From: Sphingomonadales bacterium
Lineage (GTDB): Bacteria > Pseudomonadota > Alphaproteobacteria > CAZZKF01
Reading direction: 5' to 3'
Assembly: GCA_046756385.1 (NCBI GenBank)
Contig: JBHHWG010000005.1
Coordinates: 1,817 to 65,816, forward strand
DNA length: 64,000 nt
Shown: piece by piece, positions 32,353 through 42,723 of the stretch
Position numbering within the stretch: the stretch's first letter is position 1
Layout of the letters: each line of letters starts with the position of its first letter
The notes under the pieces: model-generated
The model's database searches: none
What the model was told of the DNA's origin: nothing
The model's input: the letters and a program-made list of their open reading frames with translations, nothing else
Position numbers and translations under genes: made by a program

Positions 32353-32368
32353 CGGACGCTGCTTTTGT

Positions 32369-32941
32369 CTATCCTTGAACAAGGATGCCCTCTCTCACAT
32401 TGTCACCTGTCATTTCAACGACGCCGATCACAGACCTTATTAGTCCGAGATCGTCCGTCAAGGGCAGTGTGACGCAGTTGTACTCCGTGCCGTCCGGGCC
32501 GCAGGGAAAAAAGTCCCTGCGCGCAATGGGCAGGCCGCTCGCCAGGGCCTTGCGGGCGAGATCGGTGATCCACTCCAGCAACATGGCCCCGTCGCGGGCA
32601 TTGGCGACACCGCCGCCCGCGGCAAGCGGCAAGCGCGCGATCCGCGTAAAAACAAGCGCGCCCGCCCGATCCGGCTGATCCACCATGAAGCACCGCGGCC
32701 ACAGGTCCCGCAGCCGCTCGGGCCCGGCCTGGCGTTTGGTCACATATCCTTTCCGGCCCCGGGCGTGATACCACAACGCCAGCAATCTTTCGGTCGCCGT
32801 CGCGCATCCTTCCGCGCTGTCCGAAGGGTTGTGGCCTGTTAAATCGGAGTCGAGTCGTTGGGTGGCGCGACCGTTTCCGGTCGTTCTCTGGGGTGTAAAG
32901 CGGCCCGCCTTCATGTTGGTTGCTTTGCCGGCATCGGTCAT
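32369..32941 (-). CDS. hypothetical protein with Lys/Arg-rich disordered N-terminal tail; candidate ParA partner
   Basis: Start codon at 32939-32941 directly abuts the parA-like stop at 32942-32944. N-terminal MTDAGKATNMKAGRFTPQRTTGNGRATQR. No domain is recognisable by eye. Confidence 0.5.
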   Translation of the reverse strand: MTDAGKATNMKAGRFTPQRTTGNGRATQRLDSDLTGHNPSDSAEGCATATERLLALWYHARGRKGYVTKRQAGPERLRDLWPRCFMVDQPDRAGALVFTRIARLPLAAGGGVANARDGAMLLEWITDLARKALASGLPIARRDFFPCGPDGTEYNCVTLPLTDDLGLIRSVIGVVEMTGDNVREGILVQG

Positions 32942-33661
32942 CTACTTCCTGAGCGCAATGTTACGCCGCCCGAAAACCGCCCGGTTCGGAGCGTGAAACA
33001 GGGCCCTGTCGGTCCGTGGTTGCCCCATTGCGTTGGGCGGGCAACGGCGCAAACGGTCGCGCAAATATATCCAGAGGGCGCTGATTTCGGACTTGGACAG
33101 GGATTTCGGATCGAGCTCTCCCACTGTTTGCCCGTCTATCATGCTGACCGCAAAGTCGACCCGCTGATGAATCGTCTGCGGGGCCACGGTGCCGTGCTGT
33201 GACAACGCAACCGCCGCATCCGCCGTGATTCGCGCACGCCTGGTGGCGGCATTGACCACAAACACCAGGGGTTTTGCATTCTGCTCAATAAGCTCGACCG
33301 TCGCGGCCACCGCATGGAGGTCATGGGGGCTGGGCCGGGTCGGCACGACAACGAGATCGGCAAGCGCGATTACGCTTTGAATCGCGGTGGTGAACGCAGG
33401 CGGCGTGTCGATTACCGCGAGTTTGAATCCCTTGGCGCGCGCTTTTGTGAGATCATTGAGCAGCCTGGCCATGCTGGACTGCGCGAAGGCCGGCGTTGGT
33501 GAAGCGCGTTCGCTCCACCAGTTGGCGAGACTGCCCTGGGGATCGGTATCGACCATTACGACCGGCCCGTCACCGGCAAGTTCCGCCTCGACAGCAATGT
33601 GGCCCGATAGCGTGGTCTTGCCGGAGCCGCCTTTTTGAGATGCGAATGCCAGAACCTGCAT
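32942..33661 (-). CDS. ParA/MinD-family ATPase (orphan ParA-like)
   Basis: Deviant Walker A SQKGGSGKTT, MVDTDPQGS and a Walker B-like VIDTPP; 239 aa. No parB or parS-like gene nearby. Confidence 0.8.
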   Translation of the reverse strand: MQVLAFASQKGGSGKTTLSGHIAVEAELAGDGPVVMVDTDPQGSLANWWSERASPTPAFAQSSMARLLNDLTKARAKGFKLAVIDTPPAFTTAIQSVIALADLVVVPTRPSPHDLHAVAATVELIEQNAKPLVFVVNAATRRARITADAAVALSQHGTVAPQTIHQRVDFAVSMIDGQTVGELDPKSLSKSEISALWIYLRDRLRRCPPNAMGQPRTDRALFHAPNRAVFGRRNIALRK

Positions 33662-33699
33662 GGCGCGGCGGCCTATCTGTCACCCATCCGCGACGGGAA

Positions 33700-34020
33700 A
33701 CGGGTTTGCGGGATAATAATGGAGTTACTTTTCATGAAATTAACGGCCAAACCAACTCTATCCGATAATTAAGTCACAATCGCGTGAGACCATTTAATAT
33801 AGAAATAAAAACGTTAACGATAAGTAAAATGAGTTTTGGACTGATCTAATTACGACCACTTGAGCTTGATGATATTTACCGAAAATATAATAATAATTTT
33901 AACTTAACATGATAAAAATTGCAGCCCAGAACACATTTGTCCGGGTTGGTGCAATAATGCAGGCTATCTTTAATATCTCGCTCGCCACAAAGGAATGACC
34001 AAGCTAATATTGGTATAGAG
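33700..34020. other. ~320-bp AT-rich (~30% GC) divergent intergenic island between the parA-like operon and the Sel1/SPOR gene
   Basis: Strong compositional contrast with ~63% GC flanks; many TTAA tracts, including TTAACGATAAGTAAA, a one-mismatch CtrA-box-like TTAA-N7-TTAA. Confidence 0.45.
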
Positions 34021-34083
34021 TTGATCATCGAAGACAGTCGACGGCAAATTATCGCCCTTAACCATTTGAAGGACCGTCCGATA

Positions 34084-35007
34084 ATGTCGAAGGCAGGGAA
34101 AAGTGCTCTAGCAGCGACGATGGGGCTTTGCGCGGTCATGATGGCCCACGAGGCTGTTGCCGATATGTCGAAGGCGTTGGGCGCCTATGAACGGGGCGAC
34201 TACCCGGCCGCGGCACGGGAATGGCTGTCTCATGCCGCGCAAGGAAACGCCGAGGCATTATTCAATCTGGGTCAGCTATATCGGCAGGGCCTTGGTGTGG
34301 AGCGCGATGCCGGGCGCGCTGAAAAATACTATTTGCGAGCGGCGCGGCGTGGCCATGTCCGGGCGCAAAGCAATCTCGGGACGATGCTGTTTTTCAAGAA
34401 TCCAGCGCCCGATTATGAAAATGCGCTGACCTGGTGGCGGGTGGCGGCGAAGGCTCGGGAGCCGCAAGCCCGTTACATGCTGGGGGTGGTCCATTTGAAC
34501 GGCGAGGTCGTGCCCAGGGACCTGGTCAGGGGCTATGCGCTGCTGACACTGGCCGCCGCCGCGGGTGTCGAGAAAGCGGCCCAGGCCCGCAAGGCGGTCC
34601 GAGAATCACTCGATCAGAAGACGCGAATCGCCGCCGAGGCCCTGGCCCTGGAGATCGACCCGCGGGCGCAACTGTCGGCGCTGGAACCGGGCCCTGAGCC
34701 GCACCCTCAACCCGCCCCATCGGCCGATCAAGTCCCCGTTGGCGAACCCGCCGGCTTTCGGATTCAGCTTGGCGCGCTCGGCTCAAAGGCGATGGCCTGG
34801 GAAACCTGGGACCGGCTGGTTAAGCGGCACGGCGATTTGCTGACGCGTCTCGCGGCCGGAGTCGAAATATTTGATCGCGGCCCCGGTCACCAACCGCTTT
34901 ACCGGCTCCGCGCCGGTCCATTCCCGAATAAAGACGCCGCAGCCAGGCGCTGCGAGGCGCTGGCGTCACACGGCGCGGGATGCTTTGTCGTCCCGCCGTC
35001 CCGATGA
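34084..35007 (+). CDS. Sel1-repeat protein with C-terminal SPOR domain, secreted
   Basis: Signal peptide MSKAGKSALAATMGLCAVMMAHEAVA; Sel1-like repeats (AEALFNLGQLYRQGLGVERD...); SPOR-like C-terminus (FRIQLGALGS...LYRLRAGPF...CFVV). Confidence 0.7.
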   Translation: MSKAGKSALAATMGLCAVMMAHEAVADMSKALGAYERGDYPAAAREWLSHAAQGNAEALFNLGQLYRQGLGVERDAGRAEKYYLRAARRGHVRAQSNLGTMLFFKNPAPDYENALTWWRVAAKAREPQARYMLGVVHLNGEVVPRDLVRGYALLTLAAAAGVEKAAQARKAVRESLDQKTRIAAEALALEIDPRAQLSALEPGPEPHPQPAPSADQVPVGEPAGFRIQLGALGSKAMAWETWDRLVKRHGDLLTRLAAGVEIFDRGPGHQPLYRLRAGPFPNKDAAARRCEALASHGAGCFVVPPSR

Positions 35008-35010
35008 CCG

Positions 35011-36669
35011 TCAATGAGGCGCTTCGGCGCGCACACCGCTAAGGGTCTTGCCTGGCGCGAGTGCTTCGGGATCGACCCGCAGTTCAAGAACCGCGGGCTT
35101 GCCCGATTTCATCGCCCGGTCGAATGCGGGCAGGAACTGGTCGGTCGTTTCGACGATCTCCGAATAGGCGCCGAACGCCCAGGCATAGGCCGCGAAATCA
35201 GGATTTTCCAGGCTGGTGCCGCAAACCCGTCCCGGATAATTGCGTTCCTGATGCATGCGGATGGTGCCGTACATGCTGTTGTTGATGATCAGCACGATCA
35301 CATTGGCGCGGTACTGCACCGCGGTCGCCAGCTCCTGCCCGGTCATCAGGAAGCAGCCATCGCCAGCCAGGGCGACAACACAGCGTTCGGAGGCGGCGAT
35401 TTTGGCCGCAATCGCGGCCGGCAGGCCGTAGCCCATGGCGCCGCTGGTCGGCGCGATCTGGGATCGGTAGCTCCGGAACTGGTGGAAGCGGTGGGACCAG
35501 GCGGTGTAATTCCCGGCGCCGTTGGTGATGATGGCGTCATCGGGCAAATGCTGGCGCAGGGCGATGAATATGGCCGCGAGGTCGAGAGCGCCGGGGCAGG
35601 GTACCGGCTCAATAAATGCTTCATAGTCCGCCCTGGCCCCCGCTGTCCATTCCGCCCAGCGCCCCGGTTCGGCAGCAGCTCGACGGCGCAGCTTCCGGCC
35701 CAGGGTTCCGACGCCGGCGTTGATCGCCAGATCAGCCTGATAGACGCGATTGAGTTCCTCTGCCCCGGCGTGGACATGGACCAGTTTCTGACGGGTCCGC
35801 GGCGCATCCAGTAAAGTGTAGCCCCCGGTGGTCATTTCGCCGAGCCGGGGCCCGATTGCGACGATCAGGTCGGCGCCGGTCACGCGCTCGGCCAGCTTCG
35901 GGCTGATGCCGATGCCAATGTGACCGGCATAGCTGGGGCTGGAATTGTCCAGAAGATCCTGGCACCGGAACGATACGCCGGCCGGAAGATTGTTGGCCTC
36001 GATGAATGTCCGGATGTCGGCGCACGCCTCGCGCGACCAGCCGCTGCCGCCCAACATCACAAAAGGGCGTTCGGCCTTTGACAGCATGGCGACCAGTTGG
36101 TCGATGTCGCCGTCCGCCGGGCTGGGCTGGATGACCTGGTAGGGCTTCAGATCCGCGGTCTGGCATTGCTGGCTCAGAATATCCTGGGGCAATGCCAGAA
36201 CCACCGGGCCGGGCCGCCCCGAGGTCGCGGTGTGGAAAGCACGGCTGATAAACTCCGGCAAACGGGCGGGATCGTCGACCTGCGCGGTCCATTTGGTCAT
36301 ATCACCGAACATTTTGGTAAAGTCGACTTCCTGAAACGCCTCGCGGCCCAGATGGCCGCGGTGAACCTGGCCAACGAACAGGATCATCGGAGTCGAATCC
36401 TGGAAGGCGGTATGAACGCCAATGCTGGCGTTGGTCGCGCCCGGCCCTCGCGTGACGAAGCAAATGCCCGGCTTGCCGGTGAGCTTGCCATGGGAATCGG
36501 CCATATTGGCGGCGCCGCCCTCGTGGCGGCAGGTTATCAGGCGAATGGCGTCCCCGGCCCCGTGCAGGGCATCGAGAACCGGCAGGTAACTCTCGCCTGG
36601 AACGCAGAAAACAGTATCGGCGCCGTGAATGCGCAGGGCGTCAACCACAATCTGTCCGCCGGTTCGCAT
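35011..36669 (-). CDS. thiamine-pyrophosphate-dependent enzyme (acetolactate synthase large-subunit-like)
   Basis: TPP_enzyme N, central and C domains; GDGCFLM...NNSMYG TPP-binding motif. Confidence 0.85.
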   Translation of the reverse strand: MRTGGQIVVDALRIHGADTVFCVPGESYLPVLDALHGAGDAIRLITCRHEGGAANMADSHGKLTGKPGICFVTRGPGATNASIGVHTAFQDSTPMILFVGQVHRGHLGREAFQEVDFTKMFGDMTKWTAQVDDPARLPEFISRAFHTATSGRPGPVVLALPQDILSQQCQTADLKPYQVIQPSPADGDIDQLVAMLSKAERPFVMLGGSGWSREACADIRTFIEANNLPAGVSFRCQDLLDNSSPSYAGHIGIGISPKLAERVTGADLIVAIGPRLGEMTTGGYTLLDAPRTRQKLVHVHAGAEELNRVYQADLAINAGVGTLGRKLRRRAAAEPGRWAEWTAGARADYEAFIEPVPCPGALDLAAIFIALRQHLPDDAIITNGAGNYTAWSHRFHQFRSYRSQIAPTSGAMGYGLPAAIAAKIAASERCVVALAGDGCFLMTGQELATAVQYRANVIVLIINNSMYGTIRMHQERNYPGRVCGTSLENPDFAAYAWAFGAYSEIVETTDQFLPAFDRAMKSGKPAVLELRVDPEALAPGKTLSGVRAEAPH

Positions 36670-36816
36670 GTCGCAATCCCCCATTGCCAAATAATCCTGG
36701 GCCAGATAATCCTGAATGCGGCCACCACAGATAATTCACAAGCGCGAAAAGCGCCAGCGTTACGATGGTCAATGCAGGTGTTATTTTGACCGCCCGCCCG
36801 CCGTCCGGACAGGCTC

Positions 36817-37080
36817 TTAGTCTTCCCTGGCCGCTTCGCCAATCTCTTCAGCAGTCTCCTCGGCGGCTTCATCGCCGGTTGCCTCAGTGGCTTCCTCGAC
36901 AACATCCTTGATGGCCTCGGCGGCGTCATAGCCGGCCGCCGGCGTCGATGCGGCCGGTGCGTCAGGCGTTGCCGCCTGTTCCTCGCCGCCCTGGTCGCCA
37001 CAAGCCGACAAAATGGTCAGCGGCATTGCCAACAGGCTCACGACAATCAGCTTGGTCCAGATTTTCTCCACTGATTTCAT
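36817..37080 (-). CDS. small acidic low-complexity lipoprotein
   Basis: ATG at 37080 with GAGGAG RBS. Signal peptide plus lipobox LSAC, then an Ala/Glu/Thr-rich acidic tail. The upstream part of the track ORF overlaps tRNA-Ala and is discarded. Confidence 0.5.
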   Translation of the reverse strand: MKSVEKIWTKLIVVSLLAMPLTILSACGDQGGEEQAATPDAPAASTPAAGYDAAEAIKDVVEEATEATGDEAAEETAEEIGEAARED

Positions 37081-37191
37081 GACGCTACTCCTCTGTTGAG
37101 TATTTGCCCTTGAAACGCGATGGAAAGGGAAGATTAGCATAATTGCCGTGCTCCACAAGAGCCGGCCTTTTGTAATTTGCTTGTTATTTAT

Positions 37192-37267
<76 letters not shown>

Positions 37268-37395
37268 CGAATTTTTGCGCCGCGTTCCAAGCGGCGAGGT
37301 GAAACTAGATTCCGGTCCGACGAATTTCAAGCAAAAACACGATGCCTTTGCAACGAGGAACAAAGGCTACGGTTTACACCCTTCGACAGCGTCAA

Positions 37396-37641
37396 TCAGG
37401 CAGTCGGCTGGGCCTCGTCAACGCCGTCGTCCTCTTTGATTGCATCCGCGTCCGTGTCCTTGGCGTCCGGTTCCTTGACTTCCATGTCTTTTGACCGGCG
37501 CGACTTGAGCAACGGCTCAGGCGTGAAGCTCGTTTCACACTTAACGCAGGTAATGGGCGTGCGGTTAAGATCATAAAATCTTGTCCCGCAGCTCGGACAC
37601 TGCTGTTTGGTTCCCCATTCAGGTTTTGCCACCGTCGACAC
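37396..37641 (-). CDS. FYDLN_acid (TIGR02300-like) zinc-ribbon protein
   Basis: CPSCGTRFYDLNRTPITCVKC zinc ribbon followed by an acidic tail. Confidence 0.7.
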   Translation of the reverse strand: MSTVAKPEWGTKQQCPSCGTRFYDLNRTPITCVKCETSFTPEPLLKSRRSKDMEVKEPDAKDTDADAIKEDDGVDEAQPTA

Positions 37642-37847
37642 TCCGCCAAGTCTTTAACATCAGAACGGCCCCCAATTGCCACGTTCGGAGGCCCCTGTCA
37701 AAACTTTGTTTTGGCGATCGCGCACCACGGTTTGGCCGGCGGCGAGGCTTCCGGGATTTAATGTCCGTGTTGGCGGCTGCCCGCACTATATGATAGAGAC
37801 CGGGATATGGCATTGCGCAACCTGATGAATCGGAACATATTCTGCTC

Positions 37848-39194
37848 GTGACAACACTCATTTCAACTCGAACCGAGGGCCTTTTCGGGACCGTCGCCGT
37901 GCCCGGTGACAAGTCGATTTCCCATCGTGGCTTGATCCTGGGCGCCCTCGCGGTCGGCGAGACGCTGCTTGAGGGTCTGTCGGAAGGCGACGACGTGTTG
38001 CGCACCGCTGCCGCCATGGGCCATCTGGGCGCGCGGGTCGACCGGGAGGGCGACCATGTGTGGCGTGTGCGCGGCGTGGGCGTCGGTGGGCTTCGTGAAC
38101 CTGTTACCGCACTTGACATGGGCAACTCGGGGACCGGGATGAGGCTCCTGATGGGGGTCGTCAGCGCTCAGCCGATGGCGACCCAGTTTGTCGGGGACAT
38201 CTCCCTCTCGGGCCGGCCGATGGACCGGGTGATAACGCCGCTCAAAGGCATGGGCGCGCGATTCGCCGCCCGGCGTGGATCCTATCCGCCGATCACCGTG
38301 ATCGGTACCGGCCATCCCATGCCGATCGAATACCGGCTGCCAATGGCGTCGGCCCAGGTTAAATCAGCCGTGTTGCTGGCCGGCTTGAACGCGCCGGGCG
38401 TGACCACGGTGATCGAACCGGCGCCAAGCCGCGATCACACCGAACGCATGCTGGAATATTTCGGAGCGGACATTGACGTGCGGCGGAACGCCGACGGCGA
38501 AACCGTCATCGGACTGAACGGCCAACCCGAACTTCAGCCCAGGGATCTCAAGATTCCCGGCGATCCATCGTCGGCGGCCTTTCCGTTGGTCGCCGCGCTG
38601 ATCGCGCCCGAAAGCCGGGTGACAGTGAACAATGTCTGCGTCAACCCGTTGCGCGCCGGCTTATTCCAGACCTTGCGGGATATGGGAGCCGATCTGACAA
38701 TCGAACCCGTTGACCGGGGCGGTCTTGAACCGGTCGCCAACATCACCGCTCGCACCAGCACATTGCGGGGCATTGACGTGCCGGTGTCGCGAGCGCCGTC
38801 GATGATCGACGAGTTCCCGGTGTTAGCGGTGGCGGCCGCTTGCGCCGAGGGAACAACAGTGATGCGGGGGCTGGCTGAGCTCAGGGTCAAGGAAAGCGAC
38901 CGGCTCGCCGCCATGGAGGCTGGCCTGAAGGCTTGTGGGGTGGCAGTCGAAGGGCTCGACGACGGGCTCGTGATCCAGGGCCGGGGACGACCGCCAAGGG
39001 GCGGTGCAAGGGTATCGTCCCGGGACGATCATCGCATTGCGATGTCGTTTTTGGTTCTCGGTCAGGCGACGGGCGAATCGGTCGAGATCGACGATGCGGC
39101 CATGATTGAAACCAGCTTCCCGGGATTCGCCCGGTTGATGAATGGCCTTGGTGGCGCCATTGAAAGTGCGGCGAAGGACGGGGAAAGTTCATGA
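37848..39194 (+). CDS. aroA: 3-phosphoshikimate 1-carboxyvinyltransferase
   Basis: [19 protein letters not shown]-terminal motif; ~448 aa EPSP synthase fold; GTG start. Confidence 0.9.
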   Translation: MTTLISTRTEGLFGTVAVPGDKSISHRGLILGALAVGETLLEGLSEGDDVLRTAAAMGHLGARVDREGDHVWRVRGVGVGGLREPVTALDMGNSGTGMRLLMGVVSAQPMATQFVGDISLSGRPMDRVITPLKGMGARFAARRGSYPPITVIGTGHPMPIEYRLPMASAQVKSAVLLAGLNAPGVTTVIEPAPSRDHTERMLEYFGADIDVRRNADGETVIGLNGQPELQPRDLKIPGDPSSAAFPLVAALIAPESRVTVNNVCVNPLRAGLFQTLRDMGADLTIEPVDRGGLEPVANITARTSTLRGIDVPVSRAPSMIDEFPVLAVAAACAEGTTVMRGLAELRVKESDRLAAMEAGLKACGVAVEGLDDGLVIQGRGRPPRGGARVSSRDDHRIAMSFLVLGQATGESVEIDDAAMIETSFPGFARLMNGLGGAIESAAKDGESS

Positions 39195-39820
39195 TTATCG
39201 CCATTGACGGCCCGGCGGCGGCGGGCAAGGGGACACTGGCCCGGGCCCTGGCGCGGCATTTCGGCTTCGCTTATCTCGATACCGGGTTGCTGTACCGGGC
39301 CGTCGGCATGAAAATCGTGCGCGATGGCAAGGACCCCGACGATCGCGACGCCGCGGTCGCCGCGGCCGGGAATTTGCGGGCGCGGGATCTAGACGACTCG
39401 GATTTGCGCAGCGAGGCCGCCGGGGCCGCGGCCTCCCGGGTCGCGGCGATTCCCGAGGTCCGGGCGGCTCTGGTCGCTTTTCAACGAGACTTTGCCGCAT
39501 ATCCGCCCGGAAATGCGGGCGGCGCGGTGCTGGATGGTCGCGATATCGGGACGGCCATCTGCCCCGACGCCGACGTGAAGCTGTTTGTCACCGCCAGCGC
39601 TGTCCAACGTGCGCGCAGGCGGTTCATGGAACTCAACGACCGCGGCATCCGGGCCACGGAGGAAATGGTGCGGACTGATCTCGAGGCCCGGGATGCGCGC
39701 GATGCGAAACGCGCCGTTGCGCCCATGGTCGCCGCCGACGATGCCCTCTTGCTTGACACGACGAATTTGGATATAGACAGCGCGTTTCGTGCGGCGAAAG
39801 CACTGATTGCAGGGGATTGA
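39191..39820 (+). CDS. cmk: cytidylate kinase
   Basis: [15 protein letters not shown]-loop; overlaps the aroA stop (ATGA). Confidence 0.9.
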   Translation: MIIAIDGPAAAGKGTLARALARHFGFAYLDTGLLYRAVGMKIVRDGKDPDDRDAAVAAAGNLRARDLDDSDLRSEAAGAAASRVAAIPEVRAALVAFQRDFAAYPPGNAGGAVLDGRDIGTAICPDADVKLFVTASAVQRARRRFMELNDRGIRATEEMVRTDLEARDARDAKRAVAPMVAADDALLLDTTNLDIDSAFRAAKALIAGD

Positions 39821-40033
39821 GACCTGACTATCGGCTAAGTGGCCCTTCAACTGAACGGCCTGTCCTCTGAATGAATTGCCGCTCGCCGGCAACGAAACTG
39901 ATCTGACGTTTTAGAACGCGTACCGCTGCACCGTTTCCGCAATGGCCGGTTTGCAGCAATTTGAGTGAAGGCCTTTAAAGGCAAGACCGCCGGACAAAAC
40001 CGGTTGGCCGGAAACCGACAATTTGGAGTTATC

Positions 40034-41791
40034 ATGACAAAACCACCCCTTTCCGACTCTCAGGTTCCCAACGAAACGCAAGAAGATTTCGCATCGCTTC
40101 TTGAAAGCAGCTTTGGCGCCCAGCCCGGCATTGTCGGCAGCGTCATCAAGGGCACTGTCGTCGCCATCGAGAATGACGTCGCCCTGATCGACGTTGGCCT
40201 GAAAGCGGAAGGCCGCGTCTCCCTCAAGGAATTTGCCGGACCTGGACAGGCTGCCGAGATCGCTGTCGGCGATACGGTCGATGTCTATCTCGACCGGATG
40301 GAAAATGCGCAGGGCGAGGCGGTCATCAGCCGCGAGCGCGCTCTTCGTGAGGAATCATGGAACAATCTCGAAAAAGCCTTCGAGAAGGGCGAGCGGGTCG
40401 AGGGCGTCATTTTTGGTCGCGTCAAGGGCGGCTTTACGGTCGATCTTTCAGGCGCCGTGGCGTTTTTGCCGGGCAGCCAGGTCGACGTGCGGCCGGTTCG
40501 CGACATTTCGCCCTTGCTTGGCGTGCCGCAGCCGCTCCAGCTTCTCAAGATGGATCGCCGGCGCGGCAACATCGTCGTGTCGCGGCGCGCGGTGCTTGAG
40601 GAAACCCGGGCCGAACAGCGCTCCGAATTCATTGCCAACCTGCATGAGGGTCAGATCATCGAAGGTGTGGTCAAGAACATTACTGATTACGGCGCGTTCG
40701 TCGATCTCGGCGGGATCGACGGTCTATTGCACGTTACGGATATGTCCTGGCGTCGCGTGGCCCATCCCAGCGAGGCGTTGAGCATCGGCGAAACCGTGAA
40801 AGTCCAGCTCATCAAGGTCAACCCCGAGACCCAGCGCATCAGCCTGGGCATGAAACAGCTCGAGGTCGATCCGTGGGAAGGCGTTGACGCCAAATATCCG
40901 ATCGACACCAAGATCACCGGCCGGGTCACCAACATCACCGATTACGGTGCGTTCGTCGAGCTGGAGCCGGGGGTCGAAGGCCTGGTCCATGTCTCCGAAA
41001 TGAGCTGGACCAAACGCAACGTTCATCCGGGCAAAATTGTTTCGACCAGTCAGCAGGTTGAAGTCATGGTGCTCGATGTCGATCCCGGCAGGCGCCGGAT
41101 CAGCCTGGGTCTGAAGCAATGTGTCTCCAATCCGTGGCAGTCGTTCGCTGAAACCCACTCCGAGGGCAGCGAGATCGAAGGCGAGATCAAGAACATCACC
41201 GAATTCGGCCTGTTCGTCGGACTTGAAGGCGATGTTGACGGCATGGTCCATCTGTCGGACCTGTCGTGGGATCAAAGTGGCGACGACGCGATCAAGGCCT
41301 ACAAGAAGGGTGACATGGTCAAGGCCGTGGTGCTCGACATCGATGCCGAAAAAGGGCGCATCGGGCTCGGCGTCAAGCAATTGGCGGGCGATCCGTTCGC
41401 TTCGGCACTGAAGCTGAAGCGGGGCGCGGTGGTCACCTGCACGGTCGAAGCGGTCACCGACGGCGGCATCGAGGTGGGCATCGGCGATGCCGGCCTCAAA
41501 TCGTTCATTCGGCGCGGCGACCTGGCCCGGGATCGTTCCGAGCAACGGCCGGAGCGGTTCTCGGTCGGCGATAAGGTCGACGCCAAAGTCACAAATGTCG
41601 ATCGTGCCAGCCGCCGGGTCGGCCTGTCGATCAAGGCACGTGAAGTGGCCGAAGAGAAAGAGGCTGTCGCCCAGTACGGTTCGGCGGACAGCGGGGCGAG
41701 CCTTGGCGACATTCTGGGCGCCGCCATGACCAAAGCCCGCGCCGCAAAAACCGACAACGGTGACGACGCGGAAGAAGAAAAAAGCGAATAA
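40034..41791 (+). CDS. rpsA: 30S ribosomal protein S1
   Basis: Six S1 repeats ([23 protein letters not shown], etc.); ATG at 40034 inside the longer track ORF. Confidence 0.95.
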   Translation: MTKPPLSDSQVPNETQEDFASLLESSFGAQPGIVGSVIKGTVVAIENDVALIDVGLKAEGRVSLKEFAGPGQAAEIAVGDTVDVYLDRMENAQGEAVISRERALREESWNNLEKAFEKGERVEGVIFGRVKGGFTVDLSGAVAFLPGSQVDVRPVRDISPLLGVPQPLQLLKMDRRRGNIVVSRRAVLEETRAEQRSEFIANLHEGQIIEGVVKNITDYGAFVDLGGIDGLLHVTDMSWRRVAHPSEALSIGETVKVQLIKVNPETQRISLGMKQLEVDPWEGVDAKYPIDTKITGRVTNITDYGAFVELEPGVEGLVHVSEMSWTKRNVHPGKIVSTSQQVEVMVLDVDPGRRRISLGLKQCVSNPWQSFAETHSEGSEIEGEIKNITEFGLFVGLEGDVDGMVHLSDLSWDQSGDDAIKAYKKGDMVKAVVLDIDAEKGRIGLGVKQLAGDPFASALKLKRGAVVTCTVEAVTDGGIEVGIGDAGLKSFIRRGDLARDRSEQRPERFSVGDKVDAKVTNVDRASRRVGLSIKAREVAEEKEAVAQYGSADSGASLGDILGAAMTKARAAKTDNGDDAEEEKSE

Positions 41792-41802
41792 TCATCGCTT
41801 GC

Positions 41803-41838
41803 GGGGCGCTGGAAGCTGGTCTTCCGGCGCCCTTTTTT
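41803..41838 (+). terminator. rho-independent terminator after rpsA
   Basis: GGGCGCTGGAAG-ctggt-CTTCCGGCGCCC stem followed by TTTTTT. Confidence 0.6.
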
Positions 41839-42010
41839 GGGCGCGCCATCCTGCACCTGGCCTGAAGATATCCGAAAAAACGTTGTTTTTTTAACGACTT
41901 ATACTTGACCTGCCGGGTTCCGTTTGGCACCCTTTAGCGCAGTCGGCTCATCCTGGAGCCCTTTCAGCTCTTATGGAAACATTGGCTAGGATCGGAAAAG
42001 GACCCGCGGC

Positions 42011-42301
42011 ATGATTAAATCTGAACTCATCGCACGTTTGGCGGAGGCAAATCCGCATTTGTTCCACCGCGACGTAGAGCGCATCGTCTCGACCTTATTC
42101 GAGGAGATGACGGCGGCACTTGAACGGGGCGATCGGGTGGAGTTGCGCGGATTCGGGGCGTTTTCGGTCAAATGCCGACCCGCCCGGATTGGGCGGAATC
42201 CACGCACTGGGGAGACCGTGCAGGTGTCCGAGAAATTCGTGCCTTTTTTCAAGACCGGCAAGGACTTGAGACAAAAACTGAACAAGGATCGGGCGAACTA
42301 G
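42011..42301 (+). CDS. ihfB: integration host factor beta subunit
   Basis: [12 protein letters not shown]...[28 protein letters not shown] family. Confidence 0.9.
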   Translation: MIKSELIARLAEANPHLFHRDVERIVSTLFEEMTAALERGDRVELRGFGAFSVKCRPARIGRNPRTGETVQVSEKFVPFFKTGKDLRQKLNKDRAN

Positions 42302-42326
42302 ACCTGTCTTCAGAAGTGGCGGGCCC

Positions 42327-42635
42327 ATGACGAGCTTCCGACCCTATAAGCCGATAAAATGGGCCATCCTGGGCATACTGGGCGTCGGCATTGCCGCTCT
42401 GGCCGTGGCGAATCGCACGCCGGTCGCATTGCATTTCGATCCGCTGCCATTCCGGGTCGAGGCGCCGCTTTATCTTTTGATCCTGCTGTCACTTTTGCTG
42501 GGTGTCGTGATGGGAGGCGCCACCGTCTGGATGTCGCAACGTTCCTGGCGACGCAGAGCCCGGGTAGCCGAACGCCAGGCAACAAAACTGGAACGCGAGG
42601 TCGCGGATATCAAGGCGGGGGACGGACCCCGGTAA
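42327..42635 (+). CDS. LapA (lipopolysaccharide assembly protein A / DUF1049) family inner-membrane protein
   Basis: Two TM helices and a C-terminal coiled coil; the conserved position after ihfB. Confidence 0.7.
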   Translation: MTSFRPYKPIKWAILGILGVGIAALAVANRTPVALHFDPLPFRVEAPLYLLILLSLLLGVVMGGATVWMSQRSWRRRARVAERQATKLEREVADIKAGDGPR

Positions 42636-42723
42636 GCGCGGATATGTGGACCTGATTGGTATTTTGAGGTATGGACGGAGCAGGGATCTTTCCAACCGGA
42701 TCCAGGAAATTGGGTAAACTGCG

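Noticed and set aside
41920-41940. TGGCAC-N-AGCG sigma-54-like -24/-12 element upstream of ihfB
   Set aside because: The GG-to-GC spacing is 9 or 11 nt rather than 10, and the -12 element does not match TTGCW. Probably coincidental.
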